The notes beneath the pieces are model-generated. The model ran no database searches and was not told the origin of the DNA. It saw nothing but the letters and a program-made list of their open reading frames with translations. The position numbers and the translations under genes were made by a program. Positions 37,175 to 50,157 of a stretch of DNA of 64,000 bases are shown here, piece by piece. The stretch comes from Calcarisporiella thermophila CBS 279.70. Taxonomy: Eukaryota > Fungi > Calcarisporiellomycota. The DNA lies in the NCBI RefSeq assembly GCF_041956535.1, contig NW_027192195.1, positions 1,003,762 through 1,067,761 on the forward strand. Reading direction: 5' to 3'. How positions within the stretch are numbered: position 1 is the stretch's first letter; each line of letters begins with the position of its first letter.

Positions 37175-38268
37175 TCGGATTCACCACCCCTCTAATGCTC
37201 TTCGCCTTCAACTCGCTCCCTCCCTTCCCTCTTGTTCCATATTCTCTATATAAATATATATAATTTCTTTTTTTTCACCCTTCTATTACTGTTGGTTTTT
37301 CTCTTTCTTTTTTTTCTCCTTCCTGTTGCTTATATCTACTCCTGTTTCAACAACCGCTTTTTTAAGAATATAGTTGATGCTGAAGCCGAGGCCAAAGTCT
37401 CCGAATCCAATGCGCTCGGTTCGTGTATGCACACTATTGCAAACTCGATGGTATCTCTCTCTCCTCTCCTCATTTTCCCCCGTTCTTTTTGGCCCCAAAG
37501 GAAAAAAAAACTACAACAAAAGGAGAGTGGGTGTTGACCATGCAATTTGACTAAATAGACAGGATGGGAGAGAGATAGCCTATCCATCTGCTCATCATCG
37601 GAGGATATCTGCCCTCTCGAAACAGGGAGTCGGTGCGAGCGAGAAGAGAGGGATGGGGGGAGGGGGGGCGGAGCTTGGATTATACCTGCACACTGCATCG
37701 GACCTTCTTAGCGTGCAGGCAAGGCGTTTCGGATGCACATCCACCAATGTGGTAAGCAGTGAAATCTCGAGCTGACTTGTTCGCCAAGGCATTGCTTATG
37801 CTAGCACCATGTACATGAGATGCAAGTAAGGGGAGAAGAAAATGCATACAATTATTTTTGTTGCAGGGTGGATAAACAAAAATTTAGAGGAAAAAAAAAC
37901 GGAATCAAACATGTATTTTAGAACAATACAACAATACAAAAAAAAATTAAAAAGGGGGGGAGAAGTGTTTTGAAATGACAAGGATAAGATGAAGGGAGAA
38001 AAATAAAATAGAATAAAAAAAATGGAATGAATAATATGTACGATGAGGGGAGAGGAAGCATTGAAAAGAAACCACAAGATCAACAAGACCAGAAGCAAAT
38101 TAGGACCTTTAAGCATTCAAAAAACATAGGGGGAAAATAGAGGAGGAAACCGCTGTAGTGCATGGTAAAAACAATTTAGTATACCATAATGGTATGAAAG
38201 ACAAGGTTGTGTGTCGGTGCAAAATAAAATAATAGAAGGTGAGGGGGGGGGGGGAGAGAGGGAAGAGT

Positions 38269-39927
38269 TCAGTTGTTTGACGTGTTATCCCGCTCAAGCC
38301 CGTCCACGCGAGCCAAGTAGGCAAACAAGCATGTCCAGAACTCCATCTGTTCGGACCGGCCCTCCCACAGCGGTAGCAGGGAGATGTGCGACATCGCCGG
38401 GACTTCGTGCACCTGCCACCGCCCGGGCTTGGGCACGATGTGGTGGGGGTTGAATGCATCCATCACGCGGGATTTGAGGCCACCCCGTTTCCCCTCCTCC
38501 CTGAGCAGGTGGGGTTTGACGGAGGGGCAGATGCCGGTGAAGTGCTCACAAAACTCGTAGCGGCAATCGCCCGGATGGTACTGCGAGATCTTGGGGCACA
38601 CGCCGTCGTTCTCCCACCAGTCTTCCTCCGAGAACCACTTCATGGAGGGGGGCTTCGGATGCATCTGGTAGCGGCCGATGAGGTAGGAGAGGACGGTGAG
38701 CGGGATGGTTTTGGCCTGCGAGAGAAGAGGGATATGGAACTGGTAACCGCGGGAGGGCTGGGTCTAATTCGAAAGGAGGAGGAGAAGGGGTGAGAGGGTT
38801 AGCCGCCAAGTATTCTCTCGAGCCACCACACGGTCGAACCTACCATCGAAGTGGCGATGCTCTTGTAGTATGTGCAGGGGAAAGTCTTGCTTTCCGCGTT
38901 TGCCCTCGATGCCTCGTCCAGCGTCAGGTCATAGGGGGGGTTGTCGGTGCCCTCGGCCCACGGGCTCTTCTTCAGGCACCGCTTCAGGGAATAGCGGCTC
39001 CCGATCTCCCAGTGGTCGATGTTGAAGTCGTAGAAGTACGACTTGAGCCAGGCAGGGGCCCATGCGTCGTAGAGATGCATTCCGCGATATATGATTCCTC
39101 CCCATGAGAAAGGGCGCACGTCTCCGGGAGAATGGTGCTTCTCGCCAAGGAGATAGACCGCGGTTGTTCCGCGGAAGGGCGAGCTCACCGCGGTGAGAGA
39201 GCGAATCCAATTCTCGCTTGTGTCAGGGTGAGTGGAGAAGAAGCGGTCGGCGAGGAGCTGCTGAAGGCGATAGATGGTGTTGCCTCCCTGTGAGGAAAGA
39301 GAGATGAAAGGAGAAAGATTTAGAGATCAGAGAAGGGACGGGGGAGGGGGGTGGGGGGTGATAAAGAGCTATTTTTCAGGAACCTACCAGAGAGTGGCCC
39401 AGGAAGTGAAGGGGATGCTTTGCACTCCACTGTGGGTAAAGGCCTATCCAAGGAATCCAGGATTTAGTCATGGAAAATCGGGTCGACGATTTATTTTCAA
39501 TGGGGAGACGAGTGCCGATGCAATACCTTCATACACGCGCCCGTACCTCGAATGTCCTTTCTCAGCAGAGTGTTCTTCTCCATAGTCCACTACGGCGAAA
39601 ACAGAACCAATACGACCATCAGCTTCTGCCAGACACATCCAATTCCAATTTTCTTTTGCGCTTACCTCTGCCGCCTTTCAGTTGGTAGAATATCTCGCAG
39701 GCGCGGTCGTGTAGGCTTGAGCAGGGCCCGGGGCGAACGTGAATGATACGACGCCTGCGGCCCTGCGGCTGTAATTTGTCTAGGGGGCCCCAAAGCCAGG
39801 GCTGGTTGACACCGAAAAGGCCTTCCACCAAGACGAGCGGAACCTCTGCGTCCTGGTCGGGCAGAGGGGATGGCGGCAGCGGGGAAGCCGGGGCGGTGGG
39901 AGCAAAGAGTTCTGGAGAGCACTGCAT
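38269..39927 (-). CDS. Alpha/beta-hydrolase lipase resembling the Geobacillus/Staphylococcus-type lipases, 5 exons
   Basis: PLVLVEGLFG, SSLHDRACEIFYQLKGG, VDYGEEHSAEKGHSRYG, nucleophile GHSL|GG, WENDGVCP, MSH. Confidence 0.85.
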
Positions 39928-41738
39928 GATTGGATGAGATGACAATGGTGCGCGGGGGCTGGAAGCAGAACAAAGAAAGCTCGGTTGCAGAGAGAAGAGC
40001 GCAAGGTGGGGAGGGGGTTGTGGGTGTGAGGGCAGAGAGGCAAGAAGAGGTCGAGAGGCAAAGAGGAGGAGGAGGAGGAGGAGGAGGAGAGAGAAGAGCT
40101 CCAGGAACCAAAACGGCCTTTGGAGAAAAAAGTCGGAAGCTGACACGTAATATATAGCGCTGCCAAAACGGAGGAGGGGAATGAGCTGGGATTCAGTCTG
40201 GGCCAGTCCTCGTCTTGACCATGCAAGGGAACCTTGATTTGTGCTCACGATGAAGGCCCGCCTGCACATTTAGAGTGGTTCCACTAATCTGTCGAAACAG
40301 TTAGTGACAAGACAAGGTTTTATGCATTTAATACATGCCTTATATGGGCGAGTTTCACGAGACCTTCTGCGCGCGCTAAGTCAGGAAGGATGGCGCTGGG
40401 TGTTTTGTTCTGTCCTCTTCCCTTTTCTACACCCTCCGAACAAACCAGTGGCTTTATTGCACGGGAAACCAGTCTCCTCTCTGCCGCGCCTGTTCAATAT
40501 GGCAAACCGCGCTCGCGATGCCCGTCTCCCCATACATTGCATCCCCTCGCTGCACGGCGGGCGTGCTCGCCCTTCCCCCCCCTCTCCCCGTGCGTGGCCT
40601 TGCAAGCGGCGGCGGCCCAGCGTGCTCGCTAAATGACGCCAATCCTGCTCGCACAAGGTTCGTCGCGGTTGGCCCCTGCGGCGGCCGATTGTACTAGGGA
40701 AAAAAGGGGGGGGAAAAAAACAAGCCGGGCCAATTGCCCGGCCATTTTGGGGGCGAGTGGGAAGGGGGGCCGTGGGGAGAGGCCGCCGAACCTTGATGGG
40801 CAGGCCAGGTGACAAGAGGGGGCGAGGGGTGTGCGCAAAAGCCCCTACTATTCAAGCTGAATAGGGCGATTTCACCACGGGCCCCGCGGGCTTGTCGCAC
40901 TCCCACAACCATAATTTCCAATCGCGGCAGAATCTCATTTATCCCATGTTATGTCTTGCCTCGCTTAGAAGCAGCATATTTCCGAACATAGCGAAAAAGT
41001 GGAAATCTGACACATCGGTTCCTGATATTTTTAGAAGGCCGCGAGGGCCCGGCGGCCTCTGGCTCGCGGCAATTTTTCTTTTTTCATGAGTGCTGCGGGG
41101 GACGGGCGTGTCGAGGAGAAAGCAGCTCTGACAACGGGGCAATTCATGCGACACCGCCGGCTTGTTTCTGATGCGCTCGCCCCTTTCCTTATCCTCCCTC
41201 CCGCCGCCTTATCGCCCCCGCGCACACGAGCATCGCCTCCCCTTGCCGCCTGAATCAGCCAGGGCTGAGATTAGGCTAAATCACGTCAGTGTTTCTTTTT
41301 TGTGCCCTTGCGTTTCTTTATGGGTGGGTGCGGGCCTGATCTGCTCGCCAGCAGAGGCGGGCCCGCAGCTTGTCACCTTCTTTTGGGCGGGTGCGAGGGT
41401 GGTTCCAGGCCCGCCTGCATTAGAGTTTTTCCTTTAGAGTTTCCCGGCATCTATGCGGGCGCGGAGCGCATTTTTCCATTTTTTTCTCAAGGGGCACGGC
41501 AGAGTTTCTGGCCGCGAAAAGCTCCGGGGGAGGCGCGGGCACCGTAGCTGCTTCTGTCAATAGCTAGTCTGCTTTATTATTTAGTCATGGACCACAACAA
41601 AATAAAGCAGCAATGGAAGAGCATATGTGCTAAGAAGAGGGGGGAGGGGGGAGGGGGCTTCAAGCGGGGCTTATCCCAAAAACAAGGTCTGAAATGGGGG
41701 AGGGGGGCTCACAAGACAGCGAGTCTGGGGATGGAGCA

Positions 41739-41933
41739 TCACTCCGCGAGATAGCAGTGGAGCCGGCAGCTCATCCATCTTCGCCTACAGGACTCGTAAT
41801 CCGGGTCATCTTTGCACTCAGTTGAGCCGGGATCGCAGTTTTTAAGACATTCCGTTGGTTCGGCCATGACGATGGGAAGGATGAGGAGCAGCGCAACTAG
41901 CGCAAACATAACCAGATGGTGGCGGCGTTTCAT
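41739..41933 (-). CDS. Small secreted cysteine-rich peptide (64 aa)
   Basis: Basic N-terminus, hydrophobic core and VMA|EP cleavage-like site; the 40-aa mature region has 6 Cys. Confidence 0.65.
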   Translation of the reverse strand: MKRRHHLVMFALVALLLILPIVMAEPTECLKNCDPGSTECKDDPDYESCRRRWMSCRLHCYLAE

Positions 41934-42381
41934 GGTCACGGTTCTGCGATCGAGCAGAGGATTCAAAAATAAAGGAACAATAACAAAGCTAGGGTCCCTC
42001 AGAGGGGAGAGGGGGGAGGGGGGCTGTCGCCCCCATTAATAGAGTAAACCGGTCTCTGTGGGAGATATGCACTCTGTCTGCAATGAATTATTGACTGTTT
42101 TAATTGTTTGATTTTCTTTCATTCATTTCCCGTCCTAGCGAATCCAAATGAAAAAGCCTTCATAACGAGGTAATACCCCTCCCTGGCTCCAGAGGCTGCA
42201 AACAGCTTCCGGCCGCTCCAAACCTGCCATTGGAAGAGTAGAAGCCTGGGGAGAGCTCGGCAGCTACGCTGGAAATAAGGCTGTGAAAACTGCAGCCTCA
42301 AAGGCCCTCCTCCTCTTCAAGGCGTCCTGCTCTCCAATTCAATTGTGCCAAGCTCCCGTCCTAGGTAAACCCAAGGTGAGA

Positions 42382-43128
42382 TCAGTTGGAAGCCGTCATT
42401 TCGAAGGAGGGATTGAGATATTGGCTCGCATCTAAAATAAATGCGATGCGTGGAGATTGCAACTCAATAAAATAGATTGAATAGATATATTCGCGTTGAT
42501 TTTCCATCCCAAATAACCTGTCCAGGGCAGCTTGGTTTGCAGCCTTCTTGCAAAGCTCGAATCCACACCCTCATTTTCACGCTTAAAGTTAATAAAAGTG
42601 CAGAGTTTGCGAGGCTCTGCATGTGGGTCAATATGCTCGCGCCATAGCAATTCTTGAGGGAAGGCCCACTCGGGAGGGCGCAAGAGCAATTACGGGAAAT
42701 AAATTGACTTAATTTCCCGACTTTTCTCCTCTTTCTTACATGCACCCCCTCTCCTTGACCGATCCGTCCGATTCTTACGCGACTTTTAGCGCATGGCAGT
42801 CGGCTTTCTATCTGCACAATCATGCCGAATCTATATGAGTTGCTATGTAGCAAGGGGAGAATATTAGCTACATTGGCATTGTGCAGCAAAAAGGAAATGA
42901 ATGGACACAGGGATGGATAAAGACTGCCATGGATTAAGCCGTGCTCCGTGCAGAGTAGATGAAAAAAAATGGATTGCCTGCAGATGACGGCCCATACGGT
43001 CAATCGGTATGGATCAACATAGACGAGGCGGGTGGAAGTACGGGGGGAGGGGCATGTTATAGCTTGAGAGTGGGTCTGATCGTCAGCCGCTTCTTCCTCT
43101 TCTCTCGTTTCTCTCCCGCCGTTGCCAT
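42382..43128 (-). pseudogene. Possible decayed multi-exon gene divergent from RAD2
   Basis: Three intron-like segments keep one reading frame, which is interrupted by three TAA codons. Confidence 0.3.
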
Positions 43129-43356
43129 AGCGTCTTGCTCTTTTTCAATGGATGCCGCCTCGAATCAGGGCCTTGGGTTGAAGAACTGAGCCACACAAGT
43201 GGCTTCACCTCGATTGCTGACGTAAATATGAAAAACGGTGACTAGATTTTTCGCAAGTCCAACTTCGTCAGTTGACGGTGCTGAAGTAGACCCCGCACTG
43301 GTTAATTCTAAATCACTCACCGATCAACCCGATCAAGAGATTAGTCGAGTTCGCAC

Positions 43357-46300
43357 ATGGGTGTGAAGGGATTGTGGTCGCTGGTTGAGCCAGCGGCACA
43401 GAGTACCAAACTCGAGACTCTGGCGGGCAAGAGATTGGCAGTCGACGCCAGCATTTGGCTGCATCAATTTCTCAAGGCCATGCGCGATAAGGAAGGGAAT
43501 CCTATGCGCAATGCCCACATCATCGGATTCTTACGCCGCATTTGCAAGCTGTTATTCTACGGTGTCAAACCGGTGTTTGTGTTTGATGGTGGAGTGCCCG
43601 AGCTCAAGCGTCGCACCGTGGTAAAGTACCCTCGTTCCCCTTCGTTGCTTGTTGAAGGGGGGGGGGACTGTCCCCCTCCCCTTTGCGTGCCTCTTCTAAA
43701 CACGTATTTCTCTCCTTTTGTTGATCCATGTTAGACCGAGCGCCGAAGACGGCGAGCTGGCCATGTGAACAATTTGCAGAAGACGGCTGAGAAGATCCTG
43801 CGTGCTCAGCTGCAACTGCATGCATTAAAGTCCGCCGAGAAGTAAGTCCATTAATCTCAGTGAATTCCTTGATCAGGCCGTGCTCATATTGCACCTGTAG
43901 AAACAAGAACAATGACGCGTCTCCCCCCATCGCTGAGGTTATTACGGAGGAAGTCACGGCCGCGGATTTGAATTTGAATTCGGATCTCAAGCGGCAAAAG
44001 AAAGACGAATACGATTTGCCTCCTATTCCTGGAATAGAGTAGTCTATGCCGCTAGAAGCGTGATTAGGGGAGACTAGACACTGACGCTTGGCTTTCATGT
44101 TTAGGAACATGGCCAGGAAAAATGACCCTAGGTTTGCTTCAGAGGAGGAGCTGGTCACTTTTTTCGAGGATATCAAGGTTAGAGGATGGGGTGATCAGGG
44201 AGACAGGCTTCAGTTATATTTAAATGCCACTCTTTTTTCTCTATATCTTTTCCCCTCTCCTGTAGGACCATCATCTTGAGAATATCAATATCGACTCGCT
44301 CGACTTCCAGACCCTCCCACCCGAAATCCAATACGAGATCATCACCGAGCTCAAGGTCAAAAGCCGCCAACCTTCGTGGGCGCGCCTGCAGGAAATGATC
44401 CGCCACTCTCGTACCCCCCTCGACTTCTCCAAGCAACAAATAAAATACCTCGCCCTGCGCAACGATCTTACCCAGAAGCAGTTCAGCGTCACCGAGCAGA
44501 CCAAAATAGCCACTTCCACGCCTCTGCGCATTGCCTCCGAGCGAAACCGGGAATACATGCTATTGAAAAACGAGAACGTGAAGACGCAGCTGGGATGGAA
44601 GCTGCCGGGACTGAAGTCGCAGCAGCAAAGCGGGAGCGAGAGCGCGAACGATGAGAAGGAGGTGGTGGAGTTGAGGAGCAGCAGTGTCGTGGGGAGCGAG
44701 ATGGACGAGTGCTTACCGCGGCTGCTGCGGTTTGATGAGGATGAGGAGGGGGTGCCCGAGGTGGAGCCTGACTTGAAGGAAAAGCGCCAGGTGCTAGGAA
44801 AGCGGCTGATGCACGCCGCCGATTTACCCAAGTCCAAGGAGCAGCGCGCCAAATTGCCCGCGGCCCCCCTCGGTGCGGTGGACGAGGAGACAACCAAGGA
44901 GAATCGCCCCCCTTCCCCCCCGCCCAATTCCCTCTTCCTCCCGGGCGCCTTTGTCCGCGAAGCGGACCCTGCCCACCCCCCCGGCACCGCCGTGGACGAC
45001 TCCTCCCTTGTGGATGACTTGTCGGCCTACGCTGACGAGAACGAGTCCATCGACAACATAATGCAGCGGTTCCGTCGGCTGGAGGAGGAGAAGAAGAAGA
45101 AGGAGGGAGGCAGGGAGGGGGAGGGGAAGGATCGAGGCCAGCCTCAAGCCCCGGCCATCGTGAAACCGAAGCCGCTGCGGATCCTATCCTCCCCGGACCG
45201 GGAGGTGGCGCTGAGGTTGGACCGGGAGGTAAGCTCTGACGAAGAGGAGACGCTCCAAGATCCGCGGCGGAATCGGCCGCGCCTTGTTCCTTTGGCGCAG
45301 CGCAAACCAGCCGCACAAGAGACGGCGCAGCCGTCGCAGCCGGACACTACCACCCCCGACGGACTCCTTGCCAGCTGGCAATCGCGCCTCCCGCCGGGGT
45401 TCTCTCGCGTCTACCCCGATCACGACGAACTGATGCAAGAGGCTGTGAGCGATGAATGCAACGTGCCGGAGTTAAAGGTGCGTCAGGTGCTGGCTCGTCG
45501 CCGACTCGAGAAGCTGCGATCCGACGATCGCGAGGCGGTGGGAGCCGTCCAGTTTTACCTCGACTTTCTGCAGGCCGTCTTGCAAATGAAAGAGAGCATG
45601 CCGGCCCCGGCCATCGAGGCCAGCCTCGCAGGGGGTGAGCCGGAGGAGGTGGAGGACGACGAGATCACTTCGGGAGGAGTTGACTTGAGATCCTCGCCCG
45701 TGCTCCTTGATACGTTGACCGAGGACGTCGGCCTGGTCCCCGAAGGCCATCCAAATTCCGAGGGTCTGGATCTACACGCGGAGCTTGGGGCCGACCTGGA
45801 GGGAAGGGTCCCTGTGACTGAAGTGGATGCTCCGGTGGAGAGGATGGACGCCCCTCAAGCTCAGCCGGCCATCAGCGTGAGCATTCCTGTCGAGCGGGTC
45901 AAAAGGTCGCCCCCCGCCCCCGTGCTCTCACCCCAGCTGAGCGAAGCGGAGGGCCGGTCTCCAGTGGATGCTCCCAGGGACGAGGAGGTCATCCTGCCTG
46001 TGGTGCTGGACTCCAGTCCCTTGTTATCCCCACAAGAGGCCCAAGGGGCTCATGAGTTGACACCGCGAATCCCCATAGGTGACATGCTGGAGGTGACGGA
46101 AGGTGGGATTGCGACCAACGGCGTTCTATCTGAGCAAGTCGCCCAATCTCTCGAGGAGCTGTCCTCCTCCGCCGAGATGCAGCAGCTGGAGTCGCCCTCC
46201 AAGGACTTCGTCGTCATCTCTGATGACGAGGACGTGCCCGAGGACTTGTCTGCGGAGAACACCGAGTTTGCACGCTTTTTCTCCGAGCTCAGCAGCAAGG

Positions 46301-47840
46301 ACGCGTCCACCGTGCGCTCGGAGCTGGACCATGAGATGAGGCAGCTTCGTGAACAGCAGCGGCGCGATGCGCGCGACGCCACCTCGCTCACGGACCAGAT
46401 GATAGCGGAGACGCAGGAGTTGCTGCGCATGTTCGGCATCCCCTACACCGTGGCGCCCATGGAGGCGGAGGCGCAGTGTGCTGAGTTGCTCCGGCTGAAG
46501 CTGGTGGACGGGATCGTGTGCGACGACAGCGATGTGTTCCTGTTCGGAGGATCGAACGTGTACCGGAACCTGTTCAACCAGCAGAAGTACGTGGAGTTTT
46601 ACACGAGCGCGAACCTGGTCAACGTGATGCAGCTGACGAGGGACCGCTTGGTGGACCTGGCGCTGTTGCTGGGCAGCGACTACACGGACGGCGTGACGGG
46701 GGTGGGCGGGGTGACCGCCATGGAGATCATCCAGGAGTTCCCGGGGGAGGAGGGACTCCGGCGGTTTAGGCGGTGGTGGGAGCAGGTGGTCAAGGGGGAG
46801 AAGGTCGACGTCGAGACCCCCACCCAGCGAAGGCTGCGGAGGCAAATACAAAAGCTGGAGCTGCCGGATGCGTTCCCGGATCCGCACGTGCGAGAGGCGT
46901 ACATGCGGCCGCTGGTCGACGACTCGAAGGAGACGTTTGTGTGGGGATTCCCGGATCTGGACGTGCTTCGCGAGTAAGTTTCCCTCCCCGACCCTGGAGG
47001 CAGAGGGGGTATGCCAATCCCCCACTGTGGCGCTGGTGCACAGCTCTGACACGCTTTTTCTCACCTTTATTTCATTTTGTCTCTTCTCTCTCCGATAGGT
47101 TTCTCATGGAGACGCTCCCTTGGTCACAGGAGAAAGTGGACGAGACACTTCTCCCGATCATCAGACACATGAATTCGCGAATGGTAGTGTTTGTCCAGTC
47201 ATCTTATTTTATCTCATCTCATCTCATCTCATCTCATCCTGTATCTTGTTTATTTTTGGATGCTTTTTAGGCGGTACAAACCACTCTCGATACCTACGTG
47301 CTTGCCCCCAAGTCCAAGCAACACTCCAGCAAACGTGTACAGAAAGTGGTGGCGGCAATGCGCAAGAGAAAACGAAGCCGTTCCGTAGCATCGACCGCCA
47401 GCAAAGGCTCTGGCTCCTCCTCCTCCTCCTCTGCAACTTCTTCCTCCTCTGACGAGTCAGGGGAATCCGAGGGAGAATCCACACCGAATGTCGCCTCTAG
47501 CCAGGGGCCTAACCGGGGAAAGAAGCGTGGGTTTGCGTCGGGCAGTCGTCGGCGGGGCGCCGCAAAGAAGAAAACTCGGGGAGGAGCCAGGGGGGTGAAT
47601 GGTGAGGCGGAATTGCACCATCCTTCTGCGGTGTTTGAAACAAGCACTGATCGTGCTACCCAGCCTTTTCGGGCTCTCGGAATGAAAGGAGGGAGGACCA
47701 AGAGTTCATCTCGGGATCAACTCAAAGGAGGGCGTGACGAGGTGTCAAAGGGCATGGAGCTTCTGCCGCCGGCCTATCCGGCGAAACCGCGGGCAAAGAC
47801 CACCTATACCGGGAGGGGAAAGAGAAAAACCAATCCATGA
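43357..47840 (+). CDS. RAD2: XPG/Rad2 nucleotide-excision-repair endonuclease, 7 exons
   Basis: N-domain MGVKGLW...LAVDASIW...PVFVFDG; I-domain [17 protein letters not shown]...DDSDVFLFG...LLGSDY; PIP-like QTTLDTYV. Confidence 0.95.
47211..47237. repeat. (ATCTC)n microsatellite in a RAD2 intron
   Basis: atctcatctcatctcatctcatctcat. Confidence 0.8.
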
Positions 47841-48405
47841 CGTCTGCTGTATTCACGATCTATCTCTTCTCCTTTAATGGCGCTGCTATCCTGCAATGTT
47901 TGCACGACAAGAGGAGGGGGGAAGAGGAGACTAGCTGTTGCTACCATACATATATATATATATTGTATATATACACCATCGATGTTGTTTTATGCTAAAG
48001 CAAAGAAGAAAAAAAAAATCTAAAATAAAGCGCTGGCTTCTCCTGATAAGCAAAGGCTGGCTGCACCAGGAATTGTGTTTCCGTTGGGGATCTCAGGCTT
48101 CCGGTCCACTTTATCTCATGTTAGCTCTCCGAATGAAATTTTTGAGTTCGCGTTCTGAGTTCGATGTTTACGATTTGAGGCAGGGGGCCAATCGATTGCG
48201 CAGAAGCCTCCATATCACTCTATTTCATCTTGCCTCACCCTGACCTTTGGTAGGATTTTTATTTACTTTGTTTCTCCGGTGAAAAGACCTCTTCTTCCCC
48301 CCTCTTCTTCCTCTCTCCCCTGTCTCTCGACTTGAGTCTCTCTTCGACTGCTTCTTTCTCGCTTTTTCTTTCAAACCAGGCCGTCTTTGATTTGCTATTG
48401 CCAAC

Positions 48406-50157
48406 ATGACCGTTGCCGCCTCTGCCGATGCTTGGGTAAGTGCATCTCGTCGCCTCGCTACGAGGCCAATTCGATAGGGCCCTCTGATTTAATATCCTCT
48501 AATGCTTGGGTTCTTCTTATTGGTTTTTTTCTCCCCCCTCCTCTCCCCTCCTTTCTGACATGGTCGGACATTAGAACTCATGCCTCAACACGCCTCTAGA
48601 GCAGGAGGACAAGGAGATCTACGAGCTCATCCAGAAGGAGATGTACCGGCAGTACAGCTGCCTGGAGCTCATTGCCTCGGAGAACTTCACCTCGCAGGCC
48701 GTGATGGAGGCCAATGGGTCGGCCCTCACCAACAAGTACAGCGAGGGGCTGCCCGGCGCGCGCTACTACGGAGGCAACGAGTACATTGATCAGGTGGAGG
48801 ACCTGTGCCGCAAGCGGGCGCTCGAGGCCTTCCGCCTCAATCCCGAGGAGTGGGGGGTCAATGTGCAGCCCTACTCGGGCAGCACGGCCAACTTCGCGGC
48901 GCTGACCGCGCTGATCCAGCCGCAGGACCGGCTGATGGGGCTGGATCTGCCGAGCGGCGGCCATCTGACGCACGGCTACCAGACCGCCAAGAAGAAGGTG
49001 TCGTCGTCGTCGATCTACTTCCAGTCGATGCCGTACCAGGTGGACCCGCGCACGGGGCTGGTGGACTACGACCGGCTCGAGGAGAACGCGGCGCTGTTCC
49101 GCCCGCGGCTGCTGATCTGCGGCGCCAGCGCATACCCGCGCGAGTGGGACTACGCGCGCCTGCGCAAGATCGCCGACCAGCACGGGGCGTACCTGATGAG
49201 CGACATTGCGCACATCTCGGGGCTGGTGGCGGGCGAGGAGGCGCAGTCGCCATTTGCGTACTGCGACGTGGTGACGACGACGACGCACAAGACGCTGCGC
49301 GGGCCGCGCGCAGGTCTGATCTTCTTCCGCCGCAACCGCGGCGACGACCTGGAGAACCGCGTCAACCAGGCGGTGTTCCCGTCGTGCCAGGGCGGGCCGC
49401 ACAACAACACGATTGCGGCGATTGCGGTGGCGCTGAAGCAGGCGGCGAGCCCCGAGTTCCGGCGGTACGCGCAGCAGGTGCGGGCGAACGCGCGGCGGCT
49501 GGCCGAGCACCTGGCGTCGAAGGGCTACAGCATCGCGACGCAGGGCACCGACAACCACCTGGTGCTGTGGGACGTGCGCCCGCAGAAGCTCACGGGCAGC
49601 AAGGTGGAGAAGATCTGCGACCTCGCCTCCATCACCGTCAACAAGAACTCGGTGCACGGCGACAAGAGCGCGGTGACGCCCGGCGGCGTGCGCCTCGGCA
49701 CCGCGGCCCTGACGTCGCGCAGCTTCAAGGAGAAGGACTTTGAGCAGGTGGCCGAGTTCCTGCACCGCGCGGTGCAGATTGCGCTCCGCATCCAGGACAA
49801 GAGCGGCAGCAAGCTGATGAAGGACTTTGTGGTGGCGTGCGAGGGCGACGAGGAGATTGCCGCGCTCAAGCGCGAGGTGGAGGCGTTTGCCACGAGCTTC
49901 CCCATGCCTGGTAAGCATCCCGTGGGGGGTTTTTTTTTTTGGAGGTGCAAAGAAGGAGACGCCGGTGGGGCGGCGAGGAGGAGGAGAGAAAGAGGACGGG
50001 GTGGTGGGAGGTTTCTCTTTCCGTCCTTTGTTCTCCTTCTCCTTTCTCTCTTTTTTGGTGCTGTTGTTGTCTGATTCATCCTTCATTTTTGGCTGACCCT
50101 TTTTCCACACTCTATTTAGGCTTTGATCCCTCGAAGCTCCAGGCCCCGACTCACTAG
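48406..50157 (+). CDS. SHM2: Serine hydroxymethyltransferase, cytosolic type (exons 48406-48435, 48575-49910, 50120-50157)
   Basis: [28 protein letters not shown] lysine motif [12 protein letters not shown]; no presequence (in-frame stop just upstream of the ATG). Confidence 0.95.

Noticed and set aside
40300-41560. Many short GC-rich ORFs here and at 50400-51800 and 4800-5650
   Set aside because: Low-complexity overlapping ORFs on both strands with no motifs; better explained as long regulatory spacers.
10935-50157. Folate gene cluster (FOL2 and SHMT)
   Set aside because: About 37 kb apart with many unrelated genes between; no evidence of clustering.
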